Assembly: GCA_964016885.1 (NCBI GenBank)
Contig: OZ024744.1
Span: 37,200,001-37,264,000 of the forward strand
Reading direction: 5' to 3'
Length of the DNA stretch: 64,000 nt
DNA from: Eledone cirrhosa
Taxonomy: Eukaryota
Both the position numbers and the translations under genes were made by a program. Positions within the stretch are counted from its first letter, which is position 1, and the number at the start of each line of letters is the position of its first letter. The notes beneath the pieces are model-generated. The model saw only the letters and a list, made by a program, of their open reading frames with translations, was not told the DNA's origin and did no database searches. Shown in pieces: positions 12,200-26,680 of the stretch.

Positions 12200-13830
12200 T
12201 TATTTCCCCGTTTTCATTACAACGCCAATGTATACAATGAGGCCCTCATTGACATGGATAAACGTCTAAGATCTGTTGGAGTTGGCGGTGTATTAGAATT
12301 CGGTTTGCCACAACCTGTACATAAAGACGGTGCTTTAGATGTGGCGTTCATGCTTGAGTTGAATTACAACATCGAGGAATTGACAGATAAGGTTGCTCAA
12401 GATGAACCCAGACTTTTGCCTGAGCAGAGACGGGCGTATGACAGAATTCTTGCCAGTGTCATTTCAAATGAGGGACGGCTATTCTTCGTGGATGCTCCAA
12501 AAACCTACTGCTTGCGAAGCTGCGGAAAGACAGGCAGATTGCTTTAGCGGTCGCCTCAAGTGGTATTGCGGCGACACTGTTACATGGCGGTCGTACGGCA
12601 CACTCCGCATTCCAATTGCCTCTGGACCTTGCAAAGAAGGAGAATCCTACCTGAAGAATAAATCGTGGAGACTCTAAAGGATACCTTATTTCTGAGTGCT
12701 GTTTAATCATTTGGAACGAAGCTACAATGAGTCACAAGGCAGCGTTTGAGTCTCTAGACCGAACTCTCAAGGACATCCGTCGAAATTCACACGTAATGGG
12801 TGGAGCGACAGTACTGATGGCTGGCGATTTTCGGCAGACTCTTCCTGTAATCACTAGAGGCACTAGAGCTGACGAAGTTAACGCATTCATCAAGTCTTCC
12901 TACCTATGGCAGTATGTCCAGAAACTAAACATGACTACTAACATGAGAGTGCATGTGCATGGCGACGCAGAATCTGAGGATTTCTCGAAACAGCTACTGG
13001 AAGTTGGTAATGGAACTACACCTGGAATCGATGAACAGCACATCCGTCTGCCGTTTGGAAACTTTGTATCAAGCATAGAGGAATTAATGTCATCTGTTTT
13101 CCCAGACCTCGAAGCACGATTCCTTGATCACAACTGGCTGCAAGGGAGAGCTATTTTAGCACCACATAATGACACCGTTGACGCAATGAATCAACACCTG
13201 CTTGATCAGATTCCAGGAGGTGAAGTCTCTTTCAAGTCAATTGACACCAACAAAAACGCGGACGACGCCGTCAACTATCCGATTGAATTCCTCAACAGTC
13301 AACAACCTCCCGGACTTCCACCTCATGACCTTAGACTGAAGGTTGGTGTTCCAGTTATGCTGCTAAGAAACGTGGAACCACCAGAACTATGCAACGGGAC
13401 GCGTCTGATCATCAAACAAATTGGGACACGAATTCTTACGACAAAAATTCTGAGCGGACCGTCTGCTGGCGGGACAAAGTTATTATCCCCCAGAAGCATT
13501 AGTCCCTCTGACGTCCCATTTGATTTTACGAGACGGCAGTTTCCCGTAAAACTCTGCTTTGCAATGAGTATCAACAAGGCACAGGGACAGTCGCTGCAAG
13601 TAGTTGGCCTAAATCTGACACAGCAGGTATTTACCCACGTCAACTATACGTCGGGTGCTCACGCGTCAGCAGTCCACACAATCTCTACATTTGTGGTAAT
13701 CCGGGTAATACCATTTTTTTCCCTGATACTGCTTCTTTATAATAAACTTTCAATAATATTTTTCAAATTATTTTTCAAATTATTAACTTAATAAAAAGTG
13801 GCCCCTGGTGCAACCGGGCTCAGCTGCTAG
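12200..13830 (+). mobile_element. Helitron remnant (C-terminal PIF1-family helicase part of RepHel) with intact 3' terminus
   Basis: PIF1 motifs present: AVASSGIAATLLHGGRTAHS, GDFRQTLPV, LRNVEPPELCNGTRL, QFPVKLCFAMSINKAQGQSL. Walker A is deleted after FFVDAP. Subterminal hairpin gcccctggtgcaaccgggc (13801-13819), then CTAG (13827-13830) followed by T. The 5' boundary is uncertain. Confidence 0.9.
12727..13791 (+). pseudogene. PIF1-like helicase ORF fragment of the Helitron
   Basis: 354-aa ORF with helicase motifs III-V. It frameshifts at VFTH, so motif VI is lost from this frame. Confidence 0.85.
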
Positions 13831-13934
13831 TATATATATATTAGTATTGGTGCTCTGAAATAGCGATGTATATATGAAGCTATGTATAGTATATTTGATA
13901 ATATATTATATTATAAAGCTGAGTGTCGTGTGTA

Positions 13935-14134
13935 NNNNNNNNNNNNNNNNNNNNNNNNNNNNNNNNNNNNNNNNNNNNNNNNNNNNNNNNNNNNNNNNNN
14001 NNNNNNNNNNNNNNNNNNNNNNNNNNNNNNNNNNNNNNNNNNNNNNNNNNNNNNNNNNNNNNNNNNNNNNNNNNNNNNNNNNNNNNNNNNNNNNNNNNNN
14101 NNNNNNNNNNNNNNNNNNNNNNNNNNNNNNNNNN
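13935..14134. other. Assembly gap (200 N)
   Basis: Run of N. Adjacency and orientation across it are not sequence-supported. Confidence 1.
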
Positions 14135-14205
14135 GAGTGAACCGAGTAATAATAACACAGAAGAGGTAAGGACATTATTATTTATAATATCCTCATCATT
14201 ATCGT

Positions 14206-14275
<70 letters not shown>

Positions 14276-14509
14276 GCTGCTACTACTACTGCTACTACTA
14301 CTACTGCTACTACTACTACTACTACAGCAGCTACTACTACTACTACTATGCATGTTTATTATTTATATCACTTTACACGTTATTTATTGTAACCCCCACG
14401 CCCACCCCATTGTCCCTGTCTATTGTATTGTCTCTTATATGTAGGCCCTTGTGGCAAATAAAGAAATTATAATAGTTATAATAATTATTATATATATTAT
14501 TATGTAAGG

Positions 14510-14725
14510 ATGGTGCGTTGGTAGAAATATTAGAGTGATATTATTTTATTTTAGTTTACTTTGTTACGTTCTGAGTTCAAATCCCGCCAAAGTTAGCTTT
14601 GCCTTTCATTCTAACGGGGTCGATAAAATATAGTACCAGTAATACACTGTGTCGAATTCATCGATCTTCCTCCCTCTCTTCCCTTCAAATTGCTGACCTT
14701 GTGCAAAAATATAGAAAGAAACGAT
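14510..14725 (+). mobile_element. tRNA-derived SINE with Meta-domain-like core; related decayed copies near 5550-5770, 11180-11340, 15245-15490, 23498-23800, 24920-25105 (+) and 54380-54560 (-)
   Basis: A-box-like ttggtagaaat, B-box gagttcaaatcc, and the shared core ttgcctttcattctaacggggtcgataaaatatagtaccag. Confidence 0.75.
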
Positions 14726-15711
14726 TATTTTTATACCCGATTCTCTAGTATTTATTTATATCGCTTTACGTACGAAGTTCAAATCCTGTCTAAGTGTTTT
14801 GCAATGGATTAAAGAAGTCTGGAAGGGCCTACTGACTGAGCTGTAAACCAGAAGGGGTCACAATATTTAAAAGCCTCAAGCCCTTCCAAATAGTGTTTTT
14901 CTGCTTTTATTTATTATTTATTTATGCTTCGTTCATTCATTTTACTCTAGCTATAAATAATATATTATAAACGGAAAAAATGAAACGAAATTTCATTATA
15001 ATTACCCAAGAGTTGCGATGAAATTGTCTGTGAGGGGACCCCCATGCAAAGGTATTCTGTTGCAGGTCATTTAATACCAGTCGACTACTGGGGTATGTAA
15101 TTGTGACTTCGTTGCTTATTATGTATTTCAACCTTTCCAACTATGTTAAATCTCTTATTGTTTCGGTATTTCCTTTATATAATGCGTCCCCCACCGCCAC
15201 CAAATGTCTCGCAGTATACATCGTCCATTAAAAGAAGTTGTCGTAGTTTAGCAGAATCGGTAGAGTGTCTGACATATTCAGCGTGCTATTTGTTCCGGCT
15301 CATTACATTCTCAATTCAAATAACGCCGAGGTCAAATTTACCTTTCATCCTTCGCTGTTGTTGCTGCTGCTGCTGATGATGATGGTGGTGGTGTCGGTGG
15401 CGGTGATGGTGGTGGCGGTGTGGATAAAATAAATATAATGTCAAGTAGTGGGGATCGATGGATTTATCACACACAGCCCCCACCCTCAATTTGGTGGCTT
15501 TGCTCTACCTGTCTTTGAAATTATTGTTTAAACACACACACACGCATACACACATACACACAGACACGTGCACACACACATATACACATACACATACAGA
15601 TACGCATACAATACACCTACAAAAAACATGCACACACCAAAGGACACACACAAGTACATATGTGTGTGTGTGAGAGAGAATAGATAAATATATATATATA
15701 TGTGTGCGTAT

Positions 15712-15753
<42 letters not shown>

Positions 15754-15840
15754 ATATATATATATATATATATAAAGAATTCGGATTCTTTATACCACAT
15801 ACAATGCTTCAAGTAAACTACAAATTCATTATATATACAT

Positions 15841-15871
<31 letters not shown>

Positions 15872-15978
15872 CATACATATATATATTTATATATACATAC
15901 ATATATATATATATATATATACATACATATATATATACATATATATATATACAAATATATATATATATACATATATAC

Positions 15979-16009
<31 letters not shown>

Positions 16010-16022
16010 GAGAGAGAGAGCA

Positions 16023-16053
<31 letters not shown>

Positions 16054-16179
16054 GAAAGAGAGAGAGATAGAGAAACGTGTGTATATATGTGTGTGTGTGT
16101 GCATATCTTTCACACGTTTACTTGTTGCAACCCACAAGCTGAGGCCATGCTGAACACTTCCATATATATATATATGTGT

Positions 16180-16291
<112 letters not shown>

Positions 16292-16420
16292 GTGTGTGTG
16301 CTCGTGTGTGTATCTGTGTGTGCTCGTGTGTGTGTGCTCGCGTGTGTGTATACATAAATATATATATATATGTATGTGTGTGTATGTACATAGATATACA
16401 TATATATATATGTATATAGT

Positions 16421-16628
<208 letters not shown>

Positions 16629-16635
16629 TATATAA

Positions 16636-16682
<47 letters not shown>

Positions 16683-17158
16683 CATACATACATACATATA
16701 CTGATGATGACATATACGAGCACATGCAGTAATGCATGTATTTATTTGTATAAAGCCTACAAAAAAGTGCTAAAATGTACAGAGATTCGTTTGTGAATAA
16801 ACAACACGATACTCGAGTGTGTAGTCCGCAAACTATGGTAGGCCAAAAGTATCTAGATTAGAGTTTGAAGTCGGACGAAGTTTTTCGTTCCGTCCCGATC
16901 AATACACAGCCTCTCGTTTAACCTTCTACATTTTAATGTATGTGTGTATGTGTATGTTTGTATGTATGTATCTGTGTGTATGTATGTATTTATGTGTACA
17001 TGTATGTATGTGTGTATATATGTATGTATGTATGTATATATGCTTATGTATGTGTGTATGCGTATATGTATTTATATATATTTGTGCGTGTACGTATGTA
17101 TCCGGGTCTGCATGTATTTCTGAATGTAGGTAGATATGTATATATGTATGTATCTATG

Positions 17159-17189
<31 letters not shown>

Positions 17190-17244
17190 ATGAATGTATG
17201 TGTGTATCTATGTATGTACGTATATATGTAAGTATGTATGTGTG

Positions 17245-17792
17245 TCGGGTCGTCGGCGACTAAACCGGCATTGCCACAAGTTTATTTGGTGAGGAGGGTG
17301 ATTTTGGACACACTGCAGGACAAAAAACAAAACCTGACAAATGGCCGAAGAACTCATAAGGGTCAACGGCCATCCAAAAGTGTGTAAATATGTATATACA
17401 CATGTACATATGTATGTATGTATGTATGTGTGTATGTATGTGTGCGGGGACATAGGAATAATCGGGATGGATACACGATTGCGCTGTTAAACCACTGGGA
17501 GTGAAGGACCCCTAGCTTTTGTCAGGGCATTCTTCTAGGAGAAGGCAACTCAGGAAACTGGGATAACTCCGATATAAAACCTGCGGCTCAGTAGTTACCG
17601 ATGATATTGATCTTTTCTTCTCTTCGGGTTATAGCTACTGTCTCTCAGAGAGTGGGATTGGCTCAGTGCACAGTCTTTCCTCACTTTAAAAACTATCTTC
17701 CCGCACAGGCATTGCACGTAGCATTAATTAATAATTATAAATAATGGTATATCGTGCAATAACCATACTCGATAACGTGGGGGCAGCCATCA
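17245..17792 (+). mobile_element. Bipartite non-autonomous RTE-like derivative (5' region joined to 3' end) with (TGTA)n tail
   Basis: Shares gggtcgtcggcgactaaac, ctaggagaagg, gagagtggga, gcacaggcattgc and the terminal tactcga..ggcagcca..atgt with 22735-23300. Confidence 0.6.
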
Positions 17793-17868
17793 TGTATGTA
17801 TGTATGTATGTATGTATGTATGTATGTATGTATGTATGTATGTATGTATGTATGTATGTATGTATGTA

Positions 17869-20800
17869 TGTTATCTATTTCTCTTAATTTCGAGTATATT
17901 TTTTTTGACCGGCCACCTTCCTGGTGGCAAGGTTGTAAAAGAAAAGAAATTGTCATCCCTTGAATCGCAAGAATGTTTGCAAATTTTGAAGGTGCCAGCT
18001 ATCGCAGCCACTTGTAGACTATGAATGAGGGAGCTGCGCTTTTTGTCCGCAAATCCAAGTTCAGTCATACTTTGGTCAGAGGGGGTTGGTATATAACCCG
18101 TAGCTCCAATAATGATGGGTATGAAGCTAAAGGTGTATCTTGGATACTGGATTTGTAAACTCCTCATCAATGGTCCGTAGATGTCCTCCTTCTCCTGTAT
18201 TTTTCTGACAACGTTTACATCAAGTGGGCAGCTGATCTCCACAACAGAACACGTTTTCAATGTGTGGTCCCAAACAACAATATCAGGCCGGTTGTGCTTT
18301 AATTTGGTAGCAGTTTTTATTTTCAGGTTCCACCAGTATTCCTTAGTGCCATCTGTCTCAATATATTCTTCCTCGTTTGTTTTCAATTTTGTTTTTCCGA
18401 AGTGCGTTCCAGATGGTTCGAGCTATCCCATCGTGTCTCATGGGGAGGTAGTAGCGAGATGACATTCTTTCGCAGCTGGCAACAATGTGGCTTACATCCT
18501 CGATCTTTGTTTTACATAGCCTACATTTATTGTCAGCTGCTGGCCCTCCTCTTTTATGCAGCAGATATTTGGTAGGGAGTTCTTGTTCCTGTATTGCATA
18601 GAGATATCCCTCAAGGTGTGATGTCATAAACTTGTCGGAACTCCATGCCAGCCTTTTTGAGTGGTTTATCCCCTCTATGGTTTGTGTTTTACGTCTCAAG
18701 TATCCATGCACAACTTTTTCTGTAATTTGGTCAATTTTTTAATCTTGTTTGAACATTGAATAGGATCTTCCGATTTCTCTGGGTGAGAGATTTATATCAG
18801 GCTTTATTCCATATCTCTCCTCCAGATCAGTGGCTATCCTAATGATATTTCTTTTTTCATGCTCATAAACCTGGGCAAGATGGTTGCCAACCTTTTTCCT
18901 CTGTTGAAGGTGTTGCTTCAGTGTTACTATCCGGGTCTCATATGTTGTTAATATTGATTTTAGACCCCGGCCACCTTACTTGCGTGAGAAGTATAGCCTA
19001 TCCACATCACCATTGATGCTAAAGTTCCCAGTAACACTGAGAAGTTTGCGAGTTCTAACATCCATCTCACTAAGTTCTTGCAATGACCAGTTCAGCAGGC
19101 CAAATGTTGGCGTTAGAATTGGCACGGCATAAGTATTGTGGGCAATGTATTTGTTGTACGCTGACAGTTCTGATTACCATATTTTCTTTACTCTTCTGAG
19201 GTATTCAGTTCTGTTTCTAGAGGAGGGCACAGCTCTTCCACGTTTTACTGCCAAATATGCACACTTGGACTCACCAAATTTCATTTTGATGTCGGTTGAA
19301 AATTGTGTAATGGGGTCCAATTGTTTCTTGATATCATTGATATTTGGCCCATACAACTTCAGGTCATCAACAAAGAAAAGATGGGAGATACTTCTGGACC
19401 CACTTCTTTGTCCACCTTGTTTCCTGAGTAGGTAAGATAGTGAATTCAGTGAGAGAACGAAGAGTAGCACTGACAAGCTATCACCCTGAAAGATGCCCTT
19501 CTGGTAATGTATCTTATCAGTCTTAACTTGCTCCTTCTCACCTCTAAGGATCAAATTGGTGTACCAGTTCTTGGTCAGGCGTTCAACAGCAGCTACCAAT
19601 GGTTGTGGGACTTTAGCTAACTGTAAAGCCTTAATAATCCACCCATGAGGTACACTATCAAATGCTTTTTGATAGTCCAGCCACACGACAGTCATGTTTC
19701 TGCGATTCTTTGTTGTTTTTTCCTGAATCATTTTATTAGTTAGTAGGTGATCTATGCAACCCCATACCTCCTTCTTCCCACCAGCTTGCTCAGGTGTTAT
19801 GATGTTTTGGTAAGACAGTGATCCTGTAAGAACAGGTTAAGGCACCCAGTATATAATTTATACATGATGTTTTGTCAGGCTATTGGGCGGTAATTTTTAG
19901 CAAGGGTGGTTTGGCTATTTTGGGGAATGAGGAGAGTAGTGGCAGTTGATAACCATCTGGGCAGTTCTTGTGTGCCTTTAATGGTTTCTGTAAACAGCCG
20001 TATGAGATCTTGCCGTTAGAAAGTGAAATTCTTCAACCAGTATCCTGTAATAAGGTCTGGGCCTGGCGATTTCCTATTCGACATTTTCTGTAGAGCTGTT
20101 TCCAGTATTGACCCATCTATGTCATATTGTTTTGTCTGGCCATGTTGGCAGTAGTCCTGTTCCAGTTCTTTTAGCCAATTAGTTTGTCTGTTGAATCCGT
20201 CATCCGTTTCCCATACAGATCTCCAGTAGCTCTCAACCTGTTCTTTTGAAGGGGTGTCATTTACATGGATTGAGCTTTTGCCACTGAAGCTGCGATAAAC
20301 TGATTTAGGATCTCTGGAAAACAATCTATTTAGCACTTGTCGTTTATGTGCTGTTGACTTATATTTTAGTCTTTCTGTTGTAGCTGTGAGTTGTTGTTTC
20401 AACTGGTGTAATTTGGAGTTCAAAGTTTTAAATTTTGTATCTCCAAATCGTCTCTCTAACTTTTTTTTTAGGTCTTCCTGGTGTCGTGTGAAGTTGCTCT
20501 CTATGTTGCATTTCATAACGACTGCGATGTGTGAGATACTTCGTCTCAGGGACAAAATTTTGGTTTTTAAATTTCGCATCCACGCTTTCTGTTTGTATCT
20601 TGATTGCGTGGTTTTAGAAGTGTGTTATATGATAGCAATGTGACAGCTGAAACATATAACAAAACATTAAGCGTTTCAAATGTCGTTTCTACACCTTTAG
20701 ATCGTATAGCCTTCAGATAATTGCCAGCTATTTCGTTCACTGCTTCCAATTCCAATTTAGTGGGTTCTTTACTGATTCTGGTGTTGTATGGTCTGTCACT

Positions 20801-20877
20801 CACATTAAGGCTGTGTATCTCTTGAATCATATCGTTCCATATCACTTGTAGGGAGCCATCAAGTTTTTGGTGTTCTG
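17869..20877 (-). mobile_element. 5'-truncated R4/Dong-type non-LTR retrotransposon (RT, CCHC, RLE), decayed, in (TACA)n
   Basis: RT motifs WLDYQKAFDSVPH, GIFQGDSLS, HLFFVDDLKLY. Zn finger CRLC..EDVSHIVASC. RLE YWWN..HNRPDIVVWD. (TATG)n on both flanks. Confidence 0.92.
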
Positions 20878-20986
20878 TATGTATGTATGTATGTATGTAT
20901 GTATGTATGTATGTATGTATGTATGTATGTATGTATGTATGTATGTATGTATGTATGTATGTATGTATGTATGTATGTATGTATGT

Positions 20987-22476
20987 ATGTTCTTCTGGTT
21001 TTATAATTTCACAAATGTTTTCCCAATAGAGAGAGGGTCGTTTTCTATCATAGACACAAGACTGTATCATTGGAATTTACACATCAACTAGGTAGATTAT
21101 GTATGCATGCAAGCATGTGTAGATATGGATGTTATTGTATGTGTGGATGATGTGTATGTTTTGAGTTGTATGTGTGCATGTGTATATGCTTTGTATCTAT
21201 ACATGTGTATATGCAGTTATTAGATGCAACATTTTTGGAATGTTTTACATATGTTTACTGTTCCATTAATGGATTGTGCTTGTAATTTCCTAACTAGTTG
21301 TGTTCTTTCTGTTCCTGTGAAGCCTAGCTCCTCAAGATTTGTATTGAGGCAGTTACTAACATACCCCAGTGCCCCAATAATCACAGGCATAAATCTGAAG
21401 TTGTAATCAGGATCCAGTATCTGCAGATTTCTCATCAGTTCTGCATAAATATTCTCCTTTTCGCTAATCTTTGATATTATATTGGCTTCTGCTGGGCAGC
21501 TAACTTCCACTACTGTGCATGCTTTCTTCTGTCCCATATCATAATATCTGGTCTGTTATGCCTGCATTTTATTGTGGTTTTTACTGGAACATTCCACCAG
21601 TACTCTTTCATATTATGTACATGGATGTCTTCCACATTGCTGTAGCTTTTAATGTGTTTATTATCGGGGCTATCTTGTCTACGGGTTGCATTGTACAGTG
21701 TTCTGGCCACTACATCATGCCTCAAAGGTAGATAGTACCGCGATGACATCTTTGGACAGCTGCTGATGACATGGGTGATATCCTCGATGTTAGTACTGCA
21801 GAGTCTGCACTTGTTATCACATCTAGGTGTTTTGCCTGCATCCCTATCTCTTTTGTGAATCAGGTATTTCCTGTTAATCTCCTGTTCCTAGATTGCAAAA
21901 GCGTATCCTTCAAAGTGGGAGCCAATATAGCGGTTGTTGGTCCAAGATAGACTACTTTCCTTATCTATATTACTCTCCCCCTGGAGCTTCCTGGCAACAT
22001 ATCCATGCATGATTTTTTGCTGATAAGCATACAGTTTTTCATCCATGGATTCACTGCGATACTGCTGGGCGACTTCCCTGGATGTGAGTTTTTGATTATC
22101 ACACAGAGAATATCTCTCAAGGAGTTCCATCCCAACTCTCATGATCTTATCTGTTTCATGCAGATAGACTTACTCGAGAGACGGGCTCTTCAAGGTTCCT
22201 TATTACACATACAATTATAGGATATGTTCTCATCTATCCCCATGTATCTGTAGCAGTCCTCATCAGATATCGCTGAAACAGTTAGGCCATTGATGACAAT
22301 GTTGCTAGATTGGGTTGTTGGTTTTTCCCGCTTTACAGTCATGTATGAACATTTATCTTGGCCAAACTCCATTCCTATATCCTTTGAGAATGTTGTAACC
22401 AGGTCAAGATTTTTCTTTATCCCATCCATGTTCTTGGCATAGAGTTTCAGATTGTCCACAAAGATATTATGCGTTG
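20987..22476 (-). mobile_element. Second 5'-truncated R4/Dong-type element (different subfamily) in (TACA)n
   Basis: FVDNLKLY, MHGYV, SHFEGYAFAI, YYLPLRHD, YWWNVPV..HNRPDIMIWD. 3' UTR differs from the neighbour. TATG tracts on both sides. Confidence 0.9.
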
Positions 22477-22734
22477 TATGTATGTATATTATGGTATGTA
22501 TGTATGTATGTATGTATGAATGTATGTATGTATGTATCGATGTATATAGATATATATGTACGCATGTATGCATGCATGTATGTATATATCTATGTATATA
22601 TATATGTATGTATCGATGTATATATATGTATGCATGTATGTCTGTATATATGTATGTATATATGTATGTGTGTATGTATCGATGTATATATATGTATTCA
22701 TGTATGTATGTATATGTATGTACATATATAAGTA

Positions 22735-23300
22735 CAACCTGTCTCATGGTCGGGTCGTTGGCGACTAAACTGGCAACCCCACCAAGGTTTCTTGGTGAGG
22801 AGGGTGACTTTGGACATCCTGCAGGACTAAAAACAAAACCTGTCAAAGGGCAAAGGAGCTCTTAAGAGTCGATGGCCATCCAAAATCACCGGGAGAGATG
22901 ACTCCTTAGCCTTTGTCAAAGCAGAATTCTAGGAGAAGGAAAACTCTGATATAACACCTGCAACCCTGATGGTATCCAATGATGTTGACTTGTTCTTCTT
23001 TTTGGTAAATATCATCTTGGTTAAGAGAGTGGGACTGGCTTTGTGCAGTGCCTTTGCTCACTATAAAAGCTTCACGGCACAGGCATTGCTTTATATCTGG
23101 AGATCTCTCTGCACTTGTCGTCACATGGTACCATGGGCCCAGCACTATGTGTCAATAATTGTCACAAGTGTAGTGTTTGTACCAGAGTTTTCAAGTCGCT
23201 GGCTGGACTAAAAAGTCACACTCGTTCAGCGCATCGGTAGGAGTTCTCCTACATGGATATAAAGTAGTGGCCGTACTCGAAAACGAGTTGGCAGCCACCA
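22735..23300 (+). mobile_element. Bipartite RTE-like deletion derivative; copies at 42442-42872 and 42975-43127
   Basis: The 3' part encodes a C2H2 finger (CSVCTRVFKSLAGLKSHTRSAHR*) typical of RTE ORF ends and is followed by a TATG tail. The 5' part has the ctaggagaaggaaaactctga leader motif. Confidence 0.65.
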
Positions 23301-23869
23301 TGTGTGATATATGTATGTATGCATCTATGTATAACATTGTATATTCGATCTATATATAATTTAAATGTATATTTCTTTGTATGCTATATATAGCATGTTT
23401 CTTGTTTAACCCTAGGTCATCTTTTTCCTTTTCGCCCTTATATCAAAGGGCATTTTAGGCATGACCATCTTGTCTTTTATTATTATTGATATTGTAATGG
23501 TGGGTTGGCAGTATCGGTAGAGGGTATGCTTTGCAGCCTAGAGTTACGGCCCTTTATGTTCTGATTTCAAATCCCGCCGTGGTTAACTTTGCCTTTCATC
23601 CTTACGGGCTCGATAAAATAAAGTACCAGTAATTCATTGGGGTTAATTGCTGGCCTTGTGCCAAAAGTAGAAACAATTATTGTTGATATTGTAATTATTT
23701 CATCCTTACTGGGTCTATAAAATAAAGTACCAGTAATGCACTGGGCTAGATTTAATCAACTCTACCCATCTCAGAAAACAAAAGTGTTAGCCATGTGCCT
23801 AAATCAGAGACCAATATCTAATCCAATGATCTTATGGTAAATAAAGAAGTCCTCATTCTTCTCCTTCTC

Positions 23870-24150
23870 CTCCTCCTCCTCTTGGCCCTCCACTCCCTCC
23901 TGTTCATGCTCCTCCTCCTCCTCCTCCTCCTCCTCCTCCTCCTCCTCCTCCTCCTCCTCCTCCTCCTCCTCCTCGTCATCATCATCCTCATCATCATGAT
24001 CATTGTCATCGTCATCATCATAATCATCATCATCATCGTCATCATCATTATCATCGCCATCGTCATCATCATCGTCATCATCATCGTCATCGTCTTCATC
24101 ATCGTCATCGTCATTGTCATCGTCATTGTCATCGTCATCATCATCGTCAA
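23870..24150. repeat. (TCC)n/(TCA/TCG)n trinucleotide tract
   Basis: Directly visible. It produces the poly-D/E ORF. Confidence 0.95.
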
Positions 24151-24510
24151 TGTTATCAACATTAACCATTAATGGGTTGATAAAATGAAGTACCAGTCAC
24201 GCACTGAAGTCGATCTACTCGACTTTTCTTTGCCCCCAAATGACTAGCCTTGTGCCTAAAACAGAAACAATCCTCGGAGGTTTCCCCCCTATTGAGGAAT
24301 TTTTAATTGTTTCAATTTTCATTTTTATTGTTTATATATATATATGTTTCTATGTCTTTTTCTTTTTCTTTTCTTATATAAATAATAACAATCTTTACAC
24401 GCACAAAACCTACATCGTGCCGTCCTGTGCCGTCCTGTGCCGTGTGTAGTGTTTTTCTTGATGTCAGCCCTAGTGGCCAATAAAGAAATCATTATTATTA
24501 TTATTATTAT

Positions 24511-24552
<42 letters not shown>

Positions 24553-24643
24553 TGGTAGTAGTAGTAGTAGTAATAGTAGTAGTTTTTATTTCTCCAATGC
24601 CCAAGTTATGTGAAGGGAGTGGTAGCAGCAGCAGCAGCAGCAG

Positions 24644-24712
<69 letters not shown>

Positions 24713-25719
24713 TTGTTTTTTGCTCCAATGCCCAAGTTATGTGAAGGGAGTTGTCTCCCTACGAACCCCCCTAAATGTTTGTCACCTTCTATTGAATATT
24801 CTTATTGTTTTTTTTATATCACCTTTATTTACAACAATTATTGTTATTGTCATAACTACTGTTTTAACTTTGTTGATGCCTTCTTCCTTTTATTCTATGT
24901 ATAATACTCATCTTTAGTGCTTTTTATGGCATTTAGTTTCGGCTCTTTACGTTCTTATTTCTAAATTTGTAAATTTATAAAGTTCAACTTTACCTTTCAT
25001 CCTTCTTGTATCAAATAAAGTACCTGCAACATATTGAGTTCGATGCAATCGACTTCTTCCCACTCCCCCAACAATTTCCTTGGCTTTGTACATAAATCAG
25101 AAATCATTATATTTGTACTCTGAAGAAGGGAATTTTAAGTCCCGAAATATTAGGCCAAAAGAAACAACATCCAACAAAACAAACAAAGATAACCAGATAA
25201 CTAACTTCAGCGTTACCTTATCTTATCCTCCATTTTATATTGTTAAGCCTTATATAACTTTCCACGTTATATAATATATTATATTTATTATTTATCTATT
25301 TATTCATTTTCATATGAAGTGAAAGTGAAACCGAAAGTAATGATGGTTTATCAGCCAGTCGTTTGATTAACAGAACGTCCGGCTCAAAAATTAAAGTGTA
25401 TGAATGGCTGAGTATTCCACAGATATATGTAGCCTTGACGAATCAGATCAGTGTCTTACAGCGTGTGACAAGGCTGGACTGTTCAAATACAGGTTTCTCT
25501 TTATTCAATTCCTCTCAGAAACTTAGATCAATAAGAGGCTATTCCAAAAATCACTTTCCTGGAATGCCAAACAACAAGGGCAGGATCAAACCCGGGATAT
25601 CATGATTGTGAAGAGAACTTCTTAAAAGCGTGACCGTGCCTGGAAACATATACGTCGCGATTAACTCATTAGTAAAGTCACTTGCTCAAGACATTACGCA
25701 GTAAACACAAACTAGGCCG

Positions 25720-26680
25720 TTTGGGAAGAGGTCTTGAGTTTACCTCACGCACTGACTCCCTGACGCTTGCTTTAAAAATCTCCCAGTTGTCGGTCTTATC
25801 CTCAGCCATGGCGCCGAGGTGATTGGTTATGGAGCACAAAATTGTATAAGCTACGTTGGGATCACGGAGTCAGTGCGGAGATGGTACTTAGTGGCAGGTC
25901 CGCGCGCAACTTCTTTCCGTGTCGCAACCAAAAACGGAGGGTCGGTATTGACGAGTTGAGCTCTTCTGTAGACCCGGCGGTTGGTGACAAACGACCTCGA
26001 GCGGCAGGAGATGATGATGTGGTCAATCGTCTTCTGGGTGTAGCCATCCCGACTGTACCCAGTTCGGTGATTGATGAGTTTGTAGGGGAACCATATGTCG
26101 ACAATACAGAGATTATTGTAGCGGCAAAGTAGCAGCAAGCGATTACTGTTGTCATTGATGGATGGGTCAGCGAAGGTTGTGCTAATAACTTGTAATGGGT
26201 CAGTTGGAGGGAACCTGGCATTAGAAGTGATGGTTGCATTGGAATCTGTCAGGATGATCAGGATGTCATAGGATGGGATTTTCATAAAACCTGTTAGAGC
26301 TCGTCGTAGTAGTATGACCATCAACTTCTCTGCAGATGACGTTAGCTTTCTTTTGGAGCAGGTGTGGAAGTGTTTTCCCATTGCATGGATTATCTGTTTC
26401 TGTCTGGCTCAACATGATGAACTCAACACTCATCCTAAGTTAGGAAACGTCCAAGAAAGCAGCTGGATCTGCCTCAAACAATATCATATTTTCCCGTCAT
26501 GTGATCAGCCTGTTGCACTTTTAATCAGGTGTCAGAAGACGTGGCATCGACCTAGCAGAAGCTTTCATCATGCCAATGTCATTGTGCAGAATATTCTCAA
26601 CTCTCTCACGGGGTTGTTAATAGCACTGGATTTTTTATTTATAGTCAATCATCTGCCATCCATCACCATATGGTGATCAC
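25720..26680 (-). pseudogene. Decayed RTE-like LINE, APE domain region
   Basis: YDILIILTDSNA...NDNSNRLLLLCRYNNLCIVDIWFP...YSRDGYTQKTIDHIII matches APE motifs. Confidence 0.75.

Noticed and set aside
12727-13791. Host PIF1 gene
   Set aside because: Intronless, Walker A deleted, frameshifted, and followed by a Helitron hairpin-CTAG end.
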